Positions 54,619 to 64,000 of a DNA stretch of 64,000 nucleotides are shown here, piece by piece. The notes below the pieces were generated by a model that did no database searches, was not told where the DNA came from, and saw nothing but the letters and a program-made list of their open reading frames with translations. Origin of the DNA: an uncultured Planctomycetaceae bacterium (GTDB lineage: Bacteria > Planctomycetota > Phycisphaerae > UBA1845 > UTPLA1); NCBI GenBank assembly GCA_964414585.1, contig CAYPXR010000093.1, positions 10,279 to 74,278 of the forward strand. The letters are read 5' to 3'. Every line of letters begins with the position of its first letter. Within the stretch, counting starts at the first letter, position 1. The translations under genes and the position numbers were made by a program.

Positions 54619-55401
54619 ATGGCGGTTGATTCTTCCATCGAGTGGACCGAGGCAACGTGGAACCCGGTCACGGGTTGCACGAAGATCAGCCCCGGCTGTA
54701 AGCACTGCTACGCCGAGCGGATGGCGGAGCGGCTCAAGGCGATGGGCGTGCCGCAATATCGCAACGGCTTTGATCTGACGCTACAGCCCGACGCGTTGGA
54801 TATTCCGCTCAAATGGAAGCGACCTCGATTGATTTTCGTTAATTCGATGAGCGATTTGTTCCACAAAGATGTTCCACTCGAGTTCATCCAACGCGTTTTC
54901 GAGGTCATGGAGAAAGCGTCGCAACATCAATTTCAGGTTCTTACAAAGCGGCCGGAGATCGCTCTGCAATACGCCGAACATCTCCCATGGCCGACGAACG
55001 TCTGGTTGGGAACAAGTATTGAAAGCGCGTTGTATGTTCATCGCGTCGAAACGCTCCGCGCGATACCGGCGAAGATACGGTTTCTTTCCGTCGAGCCTCT
55101 GTTGGGGCCGATTCCTCAGTTGCCGTTGGAAGAAATTCAGTGGGTCATCGTCGGCGGCGAATCGGGACCGGGCGCAAGACCGATGGAAAAGGAGTGGGTG
55201 ACACAGATTCGTGATCGCTGCATCGATCATGATGTACCGTTTTTCTTCAAGCAATGGGGCGGGGTAAACAAGAAAAAAACAGGTAGAATTGTAGGGGGCC
55301 GGACATGGGATCAACTACCTAGGTATCCAAGGATTTCGGAGGCATACCTTGGCGAGATTCGAATTACCAAACCCGATGGACGACGGATTGCTTACGCCTG
55401 A
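54619..55401 (+). CDS. phage Gp37/Gp68-family (DUF5131) three-Cys-motif protein
   Basis: [28 protein letters not shown] (C-x7-C-x2-C), ...[10 protein letters not shown]..., [26 protein letters not shown]. Low-GC islet. Confidence 0.8.
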   Translation: MAVDSSIEWTEATWNPVTGCTKISPGCKHCYAERMAERLKAMGVPQYRNGFDLTLQPDALDIPLKWKRPRLIFVNSMSDLFHKDVPLEFIQRVFEVMEKASQHQFQVLTKRPEIALQYAEHLPWPTNVWLGTSIESALYVHRVETLRAIPAKIRFLSVEPLLGPIPQLPLEEIQWVIVGGESGPGARPMEKEWVTQIRDRCIDHDVPFFFKQWGGVNKKKTGRIVGGRTWDQLPRYPRISEAYLGEIRITKPDGRRIAYA

Positions 55402-56200
55402 AGTCGGTGAGCACTCCTTCAACAAGCACTATTTTCTCGCTCGGTACATCTATGCCTTCACTACGGGCATGAAAAATGCTCTGAAAGGCGGAAAGTGGAG
55501 TGGCCTGCATTACATCGATCTATTCGCTGGAGCAGGCTTGGAGCGACTTCGCGATTCAAAACAACTGAGCTGGGGGTCACCCTTGATTGCTGCACAGTCG
55601 CAAATTTCATTTCAAGGCTTGTACTTCTGTGAAATCGATCAAGACAAGATCGATGCGCTTAGGAAGAGACTTGCACCTTTTGAACATCGTGCTGACATTC
55701 ATGTTGTTCTTGGAGATGCGAACGAAAAGGTCGGGGAGCTTATTCAGAAGATTCCCGCTCGAAGTTTGTCCCTCGCGTTTTTAGATCCGTATGGGTTGCA
55801 TCTCGATTATGAAACGCTGGTCGTATTGGCGAAAAGCAGATGTGATTTGATAATTTTTTTCCCTGACAGGGTAGATGTTCTGCGAAATTGGAAACTAAAT
55901 TACCGGGATGATCCAGCCTCGAATCTCGATAGGGTGCTTGGTCCCTCAGCTAACTGGAGATCAATTTTCGACAAGCAGCCAGCATCTCGATGGGCTCATG
56001 AACTTCGAGAGCTTTATGTTCGGCAAATCAAGGCACTCGGCTATGAGTGTTTCGAGTATGAGAGGATCATGGCGAAAGGGGTACCAATTTACCAACTGAT
56101 TTTTTGCTCCAAACATAAGCTCGGTGGGAGATATTGGCGCGGCGTTTCCAAGAAAAAGCCAGGCCAGCAAGACACTTTTGATTTCGGTAGTCCTGATTGA
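55376..56200 (+). CDS. three-Cys-motif partner protein TcmP-like (methyltransferase-fold-like)
   Basis: [16 protein letters not shown]...[10 protein letters not shown]...FLDPYG pattern as in TIGR04474. Overlaps the upstream gene (ATG 55376 or TTG 55349). Confidence 0.7.
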   Translation: MDDGLLTPEVGEHSFNKHYFLARYIYAFTTGMKNALKGGKWSGLHYIDLFAGAGLERLRDSKQLSWGSPLIAAQSQISFQGLYFCEIDQDKIDALRKRLAPFEHRADIHVVLGDANEKVGELIQKIPARSLSLAFLDPYGLHLDYETLVVLAKSRCDLIIFFPDRVDVLRNWKLNYRDDPASNLDRVLGPSANWRSIFDKQPASRWAHELRELYVRQIKALGYECFEYERIMAKGVPIYQLIFCSKHKLGGRYWRGVSKKKPGQQDTFDFGSPD

Positions 56201-56216
56201 ATCTCGGAATGCCGGC

Positions 56217-57470
56217 CTAGAGCTTGTGCATCTTCTCAATCAAAATCCGCGCCGTCTCCGGTCGCATGATCCGGGCGTCGGGCTCTTTTCCGGCGATGAG
56301 TTGCTCGCGAATCTCCCGGCCGCTGATGGAGACCGGCTTCTCGTCGGGGTGCTTCTCCACCAGATCAACGCGGCCGACGGACTCGTAATACGCCGCGAAG
56401 CCGACTTTGACCGGCTTGATGGCCAGATGCCCCGGCAGGCTGTCAAAAATTCGTTGAGCCGCGAGGCCGTCCCAGATGTCCTTGCCGTCGTCGTAGGGCG
56501 CGTCGGCGTGTTTGCGGCCGATGATGATGTCGGTGAAGCCGAAGTTCTGGCGATAGACGCCGTGCATGACCGCCTCCTTGGGGCCGGCGTAGAACATCTT
56601 GATGTCCAGGCCGAGCAGGAGCACGCGATCGTGCAGCGTGTACTTCTTCGACTTCCACAGCGACTCGTCGGAGTCGCCCTGGCCGAGCGCATTCTGGTCG
56701 ATCAACGCCTTGTAGGTGCGCATCCGCGTTGCCGCGTCCACGTCGTCGGACTTCGTCTCGCCGATGAGCGGGTTCAGCACCGCTCCGGCCGTGTCGCACG
56801 TCCGGCAAAGCGTCTCCAACCCATAGACCAGCGCGTACTCGTGCGCCCGGTGCAGCGGGTTTCGCGTCTGAAAGGCAACGACGCGCGACCACCCTTTCTC
56901 CGCGAAGAGCTTCCGCGTTTCGGTCGGCCGCAGGACATATTGCCCATATTCCGGGTGCTTCGGCTGCGGCAGCACTTCGACCTCGCCGCCCAGCAGCATC
57001 TCGCGCGAGTCGTTCATCGTCATCTTCCCGCCGGGATGGTCCGTCCGCTCGGTCTGATAGACGCCCTTGATGTACTTCGCCTTGTCGTAGGGGAAGATGT
57101 CGTTGATCTTGAGCGTGCCGACCGTCTTGCCCGCCGTGTTCGTCAACCGTACTGACTGCCCGGCCTTAAGCGACTTCGCCTGATCGGCCGCGACCGGGAA
57201 CGAAATCGGGATCGTCCACGCATAGGCCTTGCCGTTGTGCTGGAGCACGCCTTCATCGAGACTGCGATGCCACTGTTCCTTGTTCATCGGCCCGGTCAGC
57301 GGGCTTAAGCCGCCGTCGCCGAAGCGATACAAGCTCGACAGATCGGCGTCATCGATGACGATGGCCGGCAGCGCCGCCGCCTGCTTTTCAAATTCGTTGA
57401 CGCGATCGGCCTTGACCGTGCGATCGACCGGTGCGGAGAGTCCGCCGTGAACGGGAACAAGATCAGCCAT
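56217..57470 (-). CDS. sat: sulfate adenylyltransferase (ATP sulfurylase)
   Basis: [11 protein letters not shown] and IIGRKHAD motifs. PUA-like N-domain. Start [10 protein letters not shown] follows GAGGTG. The ORF-track 5' extension to 57770 is rejected. Confidence 0.85.
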   Translation of the reverse strand: MADLVPVHGGLSAPVDRTVKADRVNEFEKQAAALPAIVIDDADLSSLYRFGDGGLSPLTGPMNKEQWHRSLDEGVLQHNGKAYAWTIPISFPVAADQAKSLKAGQSVRLTNTAGKTVGTLKINDIFPYDKAKYIKGVYQTERTDHPGGKMTMNDSREMLLGGEVEVLPQPKHPEYGQYVLRPTETRKLFAEKGWSRVVAFQTRNPLHRAHEYALVYGLETLCRTCDTAGAVLNPLIGETKSDDVDAATRMRTYKALIDQNALGQGDSDESLWKSKKYTLHDRVLLLGLDIKMFYAGPKEAVMHGVYRQNFGFTDIIIGRKHADAPYDDGKDIWDGLAAQRIFDSLPGHLAIKPVKVGFAAYYESVGRVDLVEKHPDEKPVSISGREIREQLIAGKEPDARIMRPETARILIEKMHKL

Positions 57471-57708
57471 GGAACTTTCACCTCTCGTGTAGGACGGGCA
57501 CAGCCCGCCGTGATTAACAGGGGGGAACAACGCCCCGGAGATTTTCCATGATAGAGCGTCGGCGATCCGCATACAACCGCTTCCGCTGCTTGACCCATCC
57601 CCATCCGCCGATAATAATTGTGACGCTGCTCTCGCATCTTTCGGCACGGCTCTGGCGCGGTCGGCCGGCGACGTGGAGGAATCCGTGACGACGACGAATG
57701 CGAACTCC

Positions 57709-58809
57709 ATGACGATCGCGGCGCTCGATTCCTCAACGGCCCTGCCCCGGCCTTTGTGGGACACCCTCACCTTTCGAAACTGGATGCGAACGCTCGGCTG
57801 GACGCTCGCGGCCGTCGCCGTCTGCGGTTTGTTCTATATTTTTGACAAGTACCAGGGCTTCTTCGAGTTTGCCCATCGCCGCGATGCTGATTTTCGCATG
57901 TTCAAGAGCCCGTCCGAGTTGCCGATGCGCATCTTCGGTCTGCCGCATTTCATCATCGCCACCATGTTCGCCTGCTCGTCGCGGCGGATGCAGGCGACGA
58001 AGAACAAGCTGATCTTCGGCGGGCTCTTCCTGATCGGGGCGGCCTTCTGCATCGGTTTCTACAAGATGGGGGCGCACGCCAATCCCCTCGCGATCATCTG
58101 CTTTTACTTCTACTTTCTGATCCACGGCCTCCGCGACGACGCTTTTTTCTACAAGGCCTACGGCGATATGCCCGCCGAGGCGATGCGAACGCACGAACGG
58201 ATCATGATCGTCCTACAGCTTCTCATGCTGGGCCTGCTCTTTTCCCTGATCTGGCCGACCTACATTCAAATGGGCGACCTGAACTATCGGCGCGCGAATC
58301 CGATCCTGGATAATTTCTTCCCGGCGAACTGGCCCTTCACGAAGCGCCTCGCGTCGATGTTTTTGCCGATGCTCGCCATCGCGATCGTCGCCCTGTCGCG
58401 GATCGCCCGCCAATTCCCCGATGGTCTCGCCGGTCTTTGGAGAGTCCATCGCCCCATCCTCGCGGTCTATTGCATCTCCCTCTCCGTCATCCTCATCGCG
58501 CTCGTCGGCGGCGCGTGGACCTTCAACATCGTCGTCCTCGGTCACTTTGTGGGATGGTATTTCTTCGCCCTCTACCTGATCAACAAGCACCCGCCGAAGG
58601 AGCCTCCGAAGTCCTGGTTCGCCTGGATGCGGACGACCCGCAAGGGCTTCATGACACTGCACCTCGGCCTCGCCGCCGTCGTCACCGTGCTCATCGCCGT
58701 CAGCGTCTACAGCTTCGGCAAGGACGGCCTCCTCGAAGACATTGTCGGGTCCAAGAGCTTTTACTACTGGACCGTCATGCACGTCACGCTGAGCTTCCTG
58801 CCGAGATAA
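57709..58809 (+). CDS. hypothetical polytopic membrane protein
   Basis: About 9 TM segments. No family recognised. Start uncertain (GTG 57673 or ATG 57709). Confidence 0.5.
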   Translation: MTIAALDSSTALPRPLWDTLTFRNWMRTLGWTLAAVAVCGLFYIFDKYQGFFEFAHRRDADFRMFKSPSELPMRIFGLPHFIIATMFACSSRRMQATKNKLIFGGLFLIGAAFCIGFYKMGAHANPLAIICFYFYFLIHGLRDDAFFYKAYGDMPAEAMRTHERIMIVLQLLMLGLLFSLIWPTYIQMGDLNYRRANPILDNFFPANWPFTKRLASMFLPMLAIAIVALSRIARQFPDGLAGLWRVHRPILAVYCISLSVILIALVGGAWTFNIVVLGHFVGWYFFALYLINKHPPKEPPKSWFAWMRTTRKGFMTLHLGLAAVVTVLIAVSVYSFGKDGLLEDIVGSKSFYYWTVMHVTLSFLPR

Positions 58810-58872
58810 CGGCGCCGGTCTTTCGCGCTCGCGCCCTTTCCCACGTCAATGCTCGTCCCCTATCATGGCCCC

Positions 58873-59997
58873 ATGGCCGACGAGAGCATCCGAGTTCAAA
58901 CCGTCCGCGTCGATCTGCCGGGCCGCGCGTATTCCGTTCAGATCGGCCCGAGCCTGCTTTCATCGCTCGGCGCGCTCTTGCAAAGCCGCTGCCGCGCGAC
59001 AAAAGCGACGATCGTCACCGACAACGGCGTCGGCCCGCTCTACCTCGACAAGGCCTGCGAGGGTTTGCGCGCGGCGAATATCGAACCGCGGACAATCACC
59101 GTTCCCGCGGGCGAATCCTCGAAATCGCTGGACCAGCTCTCGGCCGTCTACGACCAGCTCGCAGCTAATCATCACGGTCGCGACGAACCGATCATCGCCC
59201 TCGGTGGCGGCGTCGTCGGGGATCTAACAGGCTTGGCGGCGGCGACATGGCTGCGCGGCGTGGCCTTCGTGCAATGCCCCACGACGCTCGAAGCCGATAT
59301 CGATGCCTCCATCGGCGGCAAGTCCGCCGTCAATCATCCGGCCGGCAAGAATCTGATCGGCGCCTTTCACCAGCCGCTGCTCGTCTGCATCGACATCGAT
59401 TGCCTGGCCTCGTTACCGGCGCGCGACCTGACGGCCGGGCTCGCCGAATCCGTCAAACACGCCGTGATTCTCGATCCCGAACTCTTCGATTGGCACTGTC
59501 ACGTCGCCCCGAAGATTCTCGGCCGCGAGCCGCAAACGCTCTGCGATCTGATCCGCCGCAACTGCGCGCTCAAGGCGGCTATCGTCGTCGCCGATGAGCG
59601 AGAGTTGGAAGGCGCCGGTATCGGACGCGCAGTCCTCAACTTCGGCCACACCATCGGCCACGCCCTGGAAGCGATGTCCGGATTCGACCTTCGTCATGGC
59701 GAAGCCGTCGCCCTGGGCATGGTCGGAGAGATGGAACTCGCCGTCCGAAAATGCGGCTTCGACGACGCCATCCGCGGCCGAGTGGAACGTCTACTGAAGA
59801 ATCTCGGCCTGCGGGTCCGCCTGGATCGCCCGCCCGATCTATCGGACCTCCTCGCGCGCATGGGAATGGACAAAAAGGCCCGAGGCGGCACGGTCCGCTT
59901 CATCGTGCCCCGGTCGCTCGGCCAGGCGCAATGGATCGAAAATGTGGACGAGGCCGATATGGCTCTGGCCATCGCGCGGCTGACGTCGGCCTCATAA
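58873..59997 (+). CDS. aroB: 3-dehydroquinate synthase
   Basis: GGGVVGDLTGLAAATWLRGVAFVQCPTTLEADIDASIGGKSAVN...GHTIGHALE. Confidence 0.9.
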   Translation: MADESIRVQTVRVDLPGRAYSVQIGPSLLSSLGALLQSRCRATKATIVTDNGVGPLYLDKACEGLRAANIEPRTITVPAGESSKSLDQLSAVYDQLAANHHGRDEPIIALGGGVVGDLTGLAAATWLRGVAFVQCPTTLEADIDASIGGKSAVNHPAGKNLIGAFHQPLLVCIDIDCLASLPARDLTAGLAESVKHAVILDPELFDWHCHVAPKILGREPQTLCDLIRRNCALKAAIVVADERELEGAGIGRAVLNFGHTIGHALEAMSGFDLRHGEAVALGMVGEMELAVRKCGFDDAIRGRVERLLKNLGLRVRLDRPPDLSDLLARMGMDKKARGGTVRFIVPRSLGQAQWIENVDEADMALAIARLTSAS

Positions 59998-60414
59998 TTC
60001 CCGTCATGGGCGATGCATTTCGTTTCAACATCGCCGGCCACCGTTGCAGGGATGATCGCCGCGCATCGTCACACGCAAGCCCATAATCGCCGCGCCGGCG
60101 AATCCCAATCGGCCGCTTAATCGGACGGCGGCTCCCGTGCCGCATGACCGCCCATGGCCGCGATGACTTTCAATTCATCGGCGGCGCATTCTTTCTCATC
60201 CGCACAGTCCGCACGGTTTCACATCGCCGCGTTGGCGCAACTCAGCGCCGTCTTTTATCGACCAAACATTCTCTGGCACGACCCAGACCTCCCGAGGCGC
60301 GCACCTTGCCTAATTTCACTCTCATACACGACAGCCCGCAGGTTCACGCCGGTGTTCGACGCGAACCTATGGGCTGGGCGACGGGGGACGAGAGGCTTTA
60401 ACGCAGGGGGCAGA

Positions 60415-61053
60415 ATGATGAACAAGGCGAAGACATTCGGAGCACTCATGATCATGTTGGCGACCGCCACGGGCGCACGAGCTTCCGTGGCGACCTTTAC
60501 CTCGCTGGGTCATGAAGACACGGTGAGCTTCAAACATAATGGTTCGACGATGACAGTGCCGGCCGGGGAGATTCTCATCAACTTCAACAGCCAGGACCTG
60601 ACCGCTTATTGCGTGGATCTGGACCACACGCTCAAGGGCATGTGGAACGCGGATATTGCTCCCGTGACCGACGTCAACGGCGGCAAGGCCGTCGCCTTCC
60701 TCTACGACACCTTCCATGGCGGCGTGGTCAACGACATTCAGGCGGCGGCCCTCCAGGTCGCCATCTGGGAAGTCGTCGACGACTTCGGCGGCATGCTCAA
60801 TCTCACCAGCGGAAACTTCAGGCTCCTGACCACGGGGGACATCCTGACGACGGCGCAATCCTACCTGGCGGCTTTGCCGGTGGACGTCACCGGTTACATG
60901 ACCTCGTCCTACCTCGTCAAGAGCGGCGACGCTCCGAGGAGCCAGAACCTGATCGTTCCCGAGCCCGCGGTCGTCGCGCTGTTGACCGTCCTGGCTCCAC
61001 TGCTCCTTGTGAAGGGGCGATCGAAAAGAATTACCAACGCCTGGGCCGCGTGA
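60415..61053 (+). CDS. PEP-CTERM-anchored surface protein with thioester-domain-like motifs
   Basis: Signal peptide MMNKAKTFGALMIMLATATGARA. YCVDLDH and QAAALQVAIWE (TQxA(I/V)W-like). C-terminal VPEPAVVALLTVLAPLLLVKGRSKR is PEP-CTERM. Confidence 0.75.
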   Translation: MMNKAKTFGALMIMLATATGARASVATFTSLGHEDTVSFKHNGSTMTVPAGEILINFNSQDLTAYCVDLDHTLKGMWNADIAPVTDVNGGKAVAFLYDTFHGGVVNDIQAAALQVAIWEVVDDFGGMLNLTSGNFRLLTTGDILTTAQSYLAALPVDVTGYMTSSYLVKSGDAPRSQNLIVPEPAVVALLTVLAPLLLVKGRSKRITNAWAA

Positions 61054-61482
61054 TCGACCCGGAGCGGAATACAAGACTCTTCTTCCTCACCATCACCATC
61101 TCCTGCGACATCGGCAGCCGTCCCACCGCGGCTGCCGGTGCCGTTTTTACGGGAATGGTCAATGACGAATAGCGAATAGCGAATGAGGAAATGATCAGAG
61201 CAGCGACCGTAAGGGAGTGCCATGTGGTTCTCGACGCCAGGCATTTCGCCAGGATTGGAACGTGTCACTGATCGAGATGGGCACCCGTTCGCAATCACCG
61301 CGGCGCTCCCTTACGGTTCCACCACAGCGGATCTTTGACGCAGCTCTGATCGGGCTGCCAACCGCCATCGCAGCATGTCAGACTGGCAGCGCCGGGCACT
61401 GCCGAGCGGTCGACTTGATTTCATTCCCGGCCTAACTTCCGTATACATAACAGGTTAAAAATAGGACATTTCTGGCTGTTCG

Positions 61483-61498
61483 TGGCACCGCCCTTGCT
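61483..61498 (+). promoter_or_regulatory. sigma54-type -24/-12 element TGGCAC-N5-TTGCT
   Basis: TGGCACcgcccTTGCT with exact GG-N10-GC spacing, about 96 nt upstream of the dnaK ATG on the same strand. Confidence 0.35.
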
Positions 61499-61593
61499 AA
61501 ACAGTCGGGCGGTCGGGTCTGCGCGTTGCCTTAATCCCGGGGGAGTCGGCGGCGCGTACGACCCTTTAGGCGAAGAAACAAAGAGGTACACCA

Positions 61594-63516
61594 ATGTCAA
61601 AGATCATCGGAATTGACCTGGGAACGACGAACTCGGTCGTGGCCGTCATGGAAGGCGGGCAGCCCAAGGTACTGACCAACGCCATGGGCGCGCGGACCAC
61701 GCCGTCCGTCGTCGGCTTCACGGATAAAGGCGAGCGGCTCGTCGGCCAGATCGCCAAGCACCAGCAAGTCACCAACCCGCGCAACACCGTCTTCTCCATC
61801 AAGCGCTTCATGGGCCGCCGCCACAGCGAAGTCGGCTCGGAAGAAAAGCTCGTTCCCTACGAAGTCGTCGGCGGCTCCGAAGAACTCGTCAAGGTCAAGG
61901 TTCGCGACAAGGAATTCACCCCGCCGGAAGTCTCCGCGATGGTCCTCCAGGATCTCAAGAAGACCGCGGAAGACTATCTTGGCGAGAAAGTCACCGCGGC
62001 GGTCATCACCGTCCCGGCCTACTTCAACGACTCGCAGCGCAAGGCGACGCAGGAAGCGGGCATCATCGCCGGCTTCGACGTTAAGCGCGTCCTGCCCGAG
62101 CCGACGGCCGCGGCCCTCGCCTACGGCATGGACAAGAAAAAGGGCGGCAAGATCGCCGTCTTCGACCTGGGCGGCGGCACCTTCGACATCTCCATCCTCG
62201 ACGTCGGTGAAGGCGTCTTCGAAACGCTTTCCATCAACGGCGACACCCATCTGGGCGGTGATGATTATGACCAGGTGCTCATCGATTACGTCGCCGAGGA
62301 GTTTCGCAAGCAGTACGGCGTCGATCTCCGCAAGGACCCCATGGCCCATCAGCGCCTCAAGGAAGGCTGCGAAAAGGCCAAGTGCGAACTCTCCACCTCG
62401 ATGGAGGCGACGATCAATCTGCCGTTCATCACCGCCGACGCGAGCGGCCCCAAGCACCTGAACCAGACGATCACCCGCGCAAAGTTCGAGCAGGTCACCG
62501 AGAAGCTGACCGAACGCTGCCGAGGACCGGTGCTTAAGGCGCTGTCCGACGCGAAGCTCTCGCCCAAGGACATCAACGAGTGCATTCTGGTCGGCGGTTC
62601 GACGCGCATGCCCGCCGTGCAGCGGATGTGCCAGGAAATCTTCGGCAAGGAGCCGAACAAGAGCGTCAACCCGGACGAGGCCGTCGGCATCGGCGCGGCC
62701 ATCCAGGCCGGCATCATCGGCGGCGACGTGAAGGACATCCTCGTCCTCGACGTCACGCCGCTGTCGCTGGGCGTCGAGACGCTCGGCGGCGTCATGACGA
62801 CGATGATTCCGCGCAACACGACGATCCCCACGAGCAAGAAAGAGGTCTATTCGACCGCCGCCGACAGCCAGAGCGAAGTGACGATCCACGTCCTGCAAGG
62901 CGAGCGGCAGATGGCCGTCGACAACCGCACGCTCGGCCGCTTCAACCTCGCCGGCATCCCGCCGGCCCCGCGCGGCGTGCCGCAGATCGAAGTGACCTTC
63001 GACATCGACGCCAACGGCATCCTCCACGTCTCCGCCAAGGACATGGGCACCGGAAAAGAGCAGAAGATCAAGATCGAAGGCTCGTCCGGTCTCTCCGAGG
63101 CGGAAGTCGAGAAGATGCGCAAGGAAGCCGAGTCCCACGCCGAGGACGACAAGAAGAAGCGCGAGCTGATCGACGCCAAGAACCAGGCCGATCAGGTCGT
63201 CTACCAGACCGAAAAGACGCTCAAGGAGCACGGCGACAAGGTCCCGGCCGACGAGCGCGGCAAAGTGGAGCTGGCGATCAGCAACCTCAAGGATCGCATG
63301 AAGACCGACGACGGCCCGGCGATCAAGAAGGCGATCGAAAACGTAATGACGGCGAGCCAGGCCCTCGGCAAGATCATCTACGAAGAGGCCGCCAAAGCCG
63401 GCGGCGCCAGTGGTGCCGCACCCGGCGGCCCCGGTCCGACGCCCGGCCCCGGCGCAGCGCCGGCCGGCAAGAAGGACGATGACGTGATCGATGCTGAGTT
63501 TGAGGTGAAGAAATAG
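61594..63516 (+). CDS. dnaK: molecular chaperone DnaK (Hsp70)
   Basis: [26 protein letters not shown] and an EEVD-less C-terminus [11 protein letters not shown]. 640 aa. Confidence 0.97.
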   Translation: MSKIIGIDLGTTNSVVAVMEGGQPKVLTNAMGARTTPSVVGFTDKGERLVGQIAKHQQVTNPRNTVFSIKRFMGRRHSEVGSEEKLVPYEVVGGSEELVKVKVRDKEFTPPEVSAMVLQDLKKTAEDYLGEKVTAAVITVPAYFNDSQRKATQEAGIIAGFDVKRVLPEPTAAALAYGMDKKKGGKIAVFDLGGGTFDISILDVGEGVFETLSINGDTHLGGDDYDQVLIDYVAEEFRKQYGVDLRKDPMAHQRLKEGCEKAKCELSTSMEATINLPFITADASGPKHLNQTITRAKFEQVTEKLTERCRGPVLKALSDAKLSPKDINECILVGGSTRMPAVQRMCQEIFGKEPNKSVNPDEAVGIGAAIQAGIIGGDVKDILVLDVTPLSLGVETLGGVMTTMIPRNTTIPTSKKEVYSTAADSQSEVTIHVLQGERQMAVDNRTLGRFNLAGIPPAPRGVPQIEVTFDIDANGILHVSAKDMGTGKEQKIKIEGSSGLSEAEVEKMRKEAESHAEDDKKKRELIDAKNQADQVVYQTEKTLKEHGDKVPADERGKVELAISNLKDRMKTDDGPAIKKAIENVMTASQALGKIIYEEAAKAGGASGAAPGGPGPTPGPGAAPAGKKDDDVIDAEFEVKK

Positions 63517-63643
63517 CGCCGCAATCAGAGCCGCGCGGCGCGAGCCCGCGGACATGAATGTGGGTGCTCCATGAGATCGGGAATTGCCGCAGGTCCATTG
63601 GGCCGGGTCTTCAGCATTTGCGGCGTCACACTATGCTCGCGCT

Positions 63644-63678
63644 AAAGCCCCCGGCAAGCTTGCCGGGGGCTTTATTTT
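63644..63678. terminator. perfect palindrome plus T-run (REP-like copy 2 / terminator)
   Basis: AAAGCCCCCGGCAAGCTTGCCGGGGGCTTTATTTT, downstream of dnaK and overlapping the 3' end of the RAYT-like ORF. Confidence 0.7.
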
Positions 63679-64000
63679 GACGGCGATCGTGTGCACTGCG
63701 GAATCGGATCGCGAAACGTCCATACCGCGGCGCCTTTCTTTCCATGTTTGACGATGTAGTTGAACGCGTTCATTTGATGCGCCCGATCGCGGATCGGCCA
63801 GGCGCGGCAGCCGGAAGCCCACACCCGCGCGTGCGGTTTGTCGCCGCGAAGGATCATCGACGAATGAAATTTGGCACGGCCCACCCAATGGCGGGGCCGA
63901 TGATCGAGGAATCGGGCCACGAGATGGTAATGATGATCGTCAACCGCCAGAACGATCAATTCAATCTCTTCAGCAATCAGCTTCGCCGCCATTTCCCGGC
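63672..64000 (-). mobile_element. IS200/IS605-type Y1 (HUH) transposase / RAYT-like gene, 5'-truncated by window edge
   Basis: ...IELIVLAVDDHHYHLVARF... (HUH as HYH). C-terminal ...AFNYIVKHGKK is compatible with the Y1 region. The frame is open to the window end. Confidence 0.6.

Noticed and set aside
56124-57155. 343-aa + strand ORF
   Set aside because: Antisense to sat. It would also read through the TcmP stop region with no RBS.
57471-57770. 100-codon 5' extension of the sat ORF
   Set aside because: ATP-sulfurylase homology starts at [10 protein letters not shown] (57470), preceded by GAGGTG. The extension is low-complexity.
61206-61317. 12-bp perfect inverted repeat ACCGTAAGGGAG / CTCCCTTACGGT separated by 88 nt, upstream of dnaK
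   Set aside because: Roughly one such pair is expected by chance in a GC-rich 64-kb window. There is no further compensatory structure or TIR-like context. It is worth a covariance check only if conserved.
61597-63555. 652-aa ORF on the minus strand covering all of dnaK
   Set aside because: Exactly antisense to an unmistakable dnaK. The product is Arg/Gly/Ala/Asp-rich low-complexity, as expected for a shadow frame in GC-rich coding DNA.

Overview
GC-rich bacterial chromosomal segment (about 60-65% GC by eye, with several 38-55% patches). It looks like a Planctomycetota-type genome: PEP-CTERM tail, dockerin-like, TSP3 and CHRD secreted giants, a Ser/Thr kinase next to an ECF sigma factor, and a GYDL...CPECG tail motif. 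This lineage call is inference only. Housekeeping genes I recognise: miaB, two pilT-like ATPases, a 2-oxoacid dehydrogenase E1alpha/E1beta/E2 operon, guaA, an Rrf2 regulator, gltX, glnS, an M16 peptidase, sat, aroB, dnaK, a [2Fe-2S] ferredoxin, an M29 aminopeptidase, and MFS, EamA and ABC transporters. Lower-GC accessory islets lie between them. Main findings: (1) a deiodinase-like thioredoxin-fold gene split by an in-frame TGA with a SECIS-like hairpin, so a probable selenoprotein (45891..46562). (2) A 199-bp near-identical direct repeat of the ferredoxin 3' end, fused to a copy of the aminopeptidase start, bracketing a small cassette that carries a nucleotidyltransferase two-gene module (25308..26949). 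(3) A Gp37/Gp68 (three-Cys) plus TcmP cassette in a low-GC islet (54619..56200). (4) Two near-identical 30-nt palindromes, one abutting a partial HUH/RAYT-like transposase at the right window edge. (5) A self-contained 36-codon hydrophobic peptide gene with its own promoter, SD and terminator (11158..11490). (6) A textbook TGGCAC-N5-TTGC element upstream of dnaK. (7) Three or four toxin-antitoxin modules, one of them decayed. I saw no rRNA, tRNA or CRISPR array. Many long ORFs in the track are antisense shadows typical of GC-rich DNA and were rejected.
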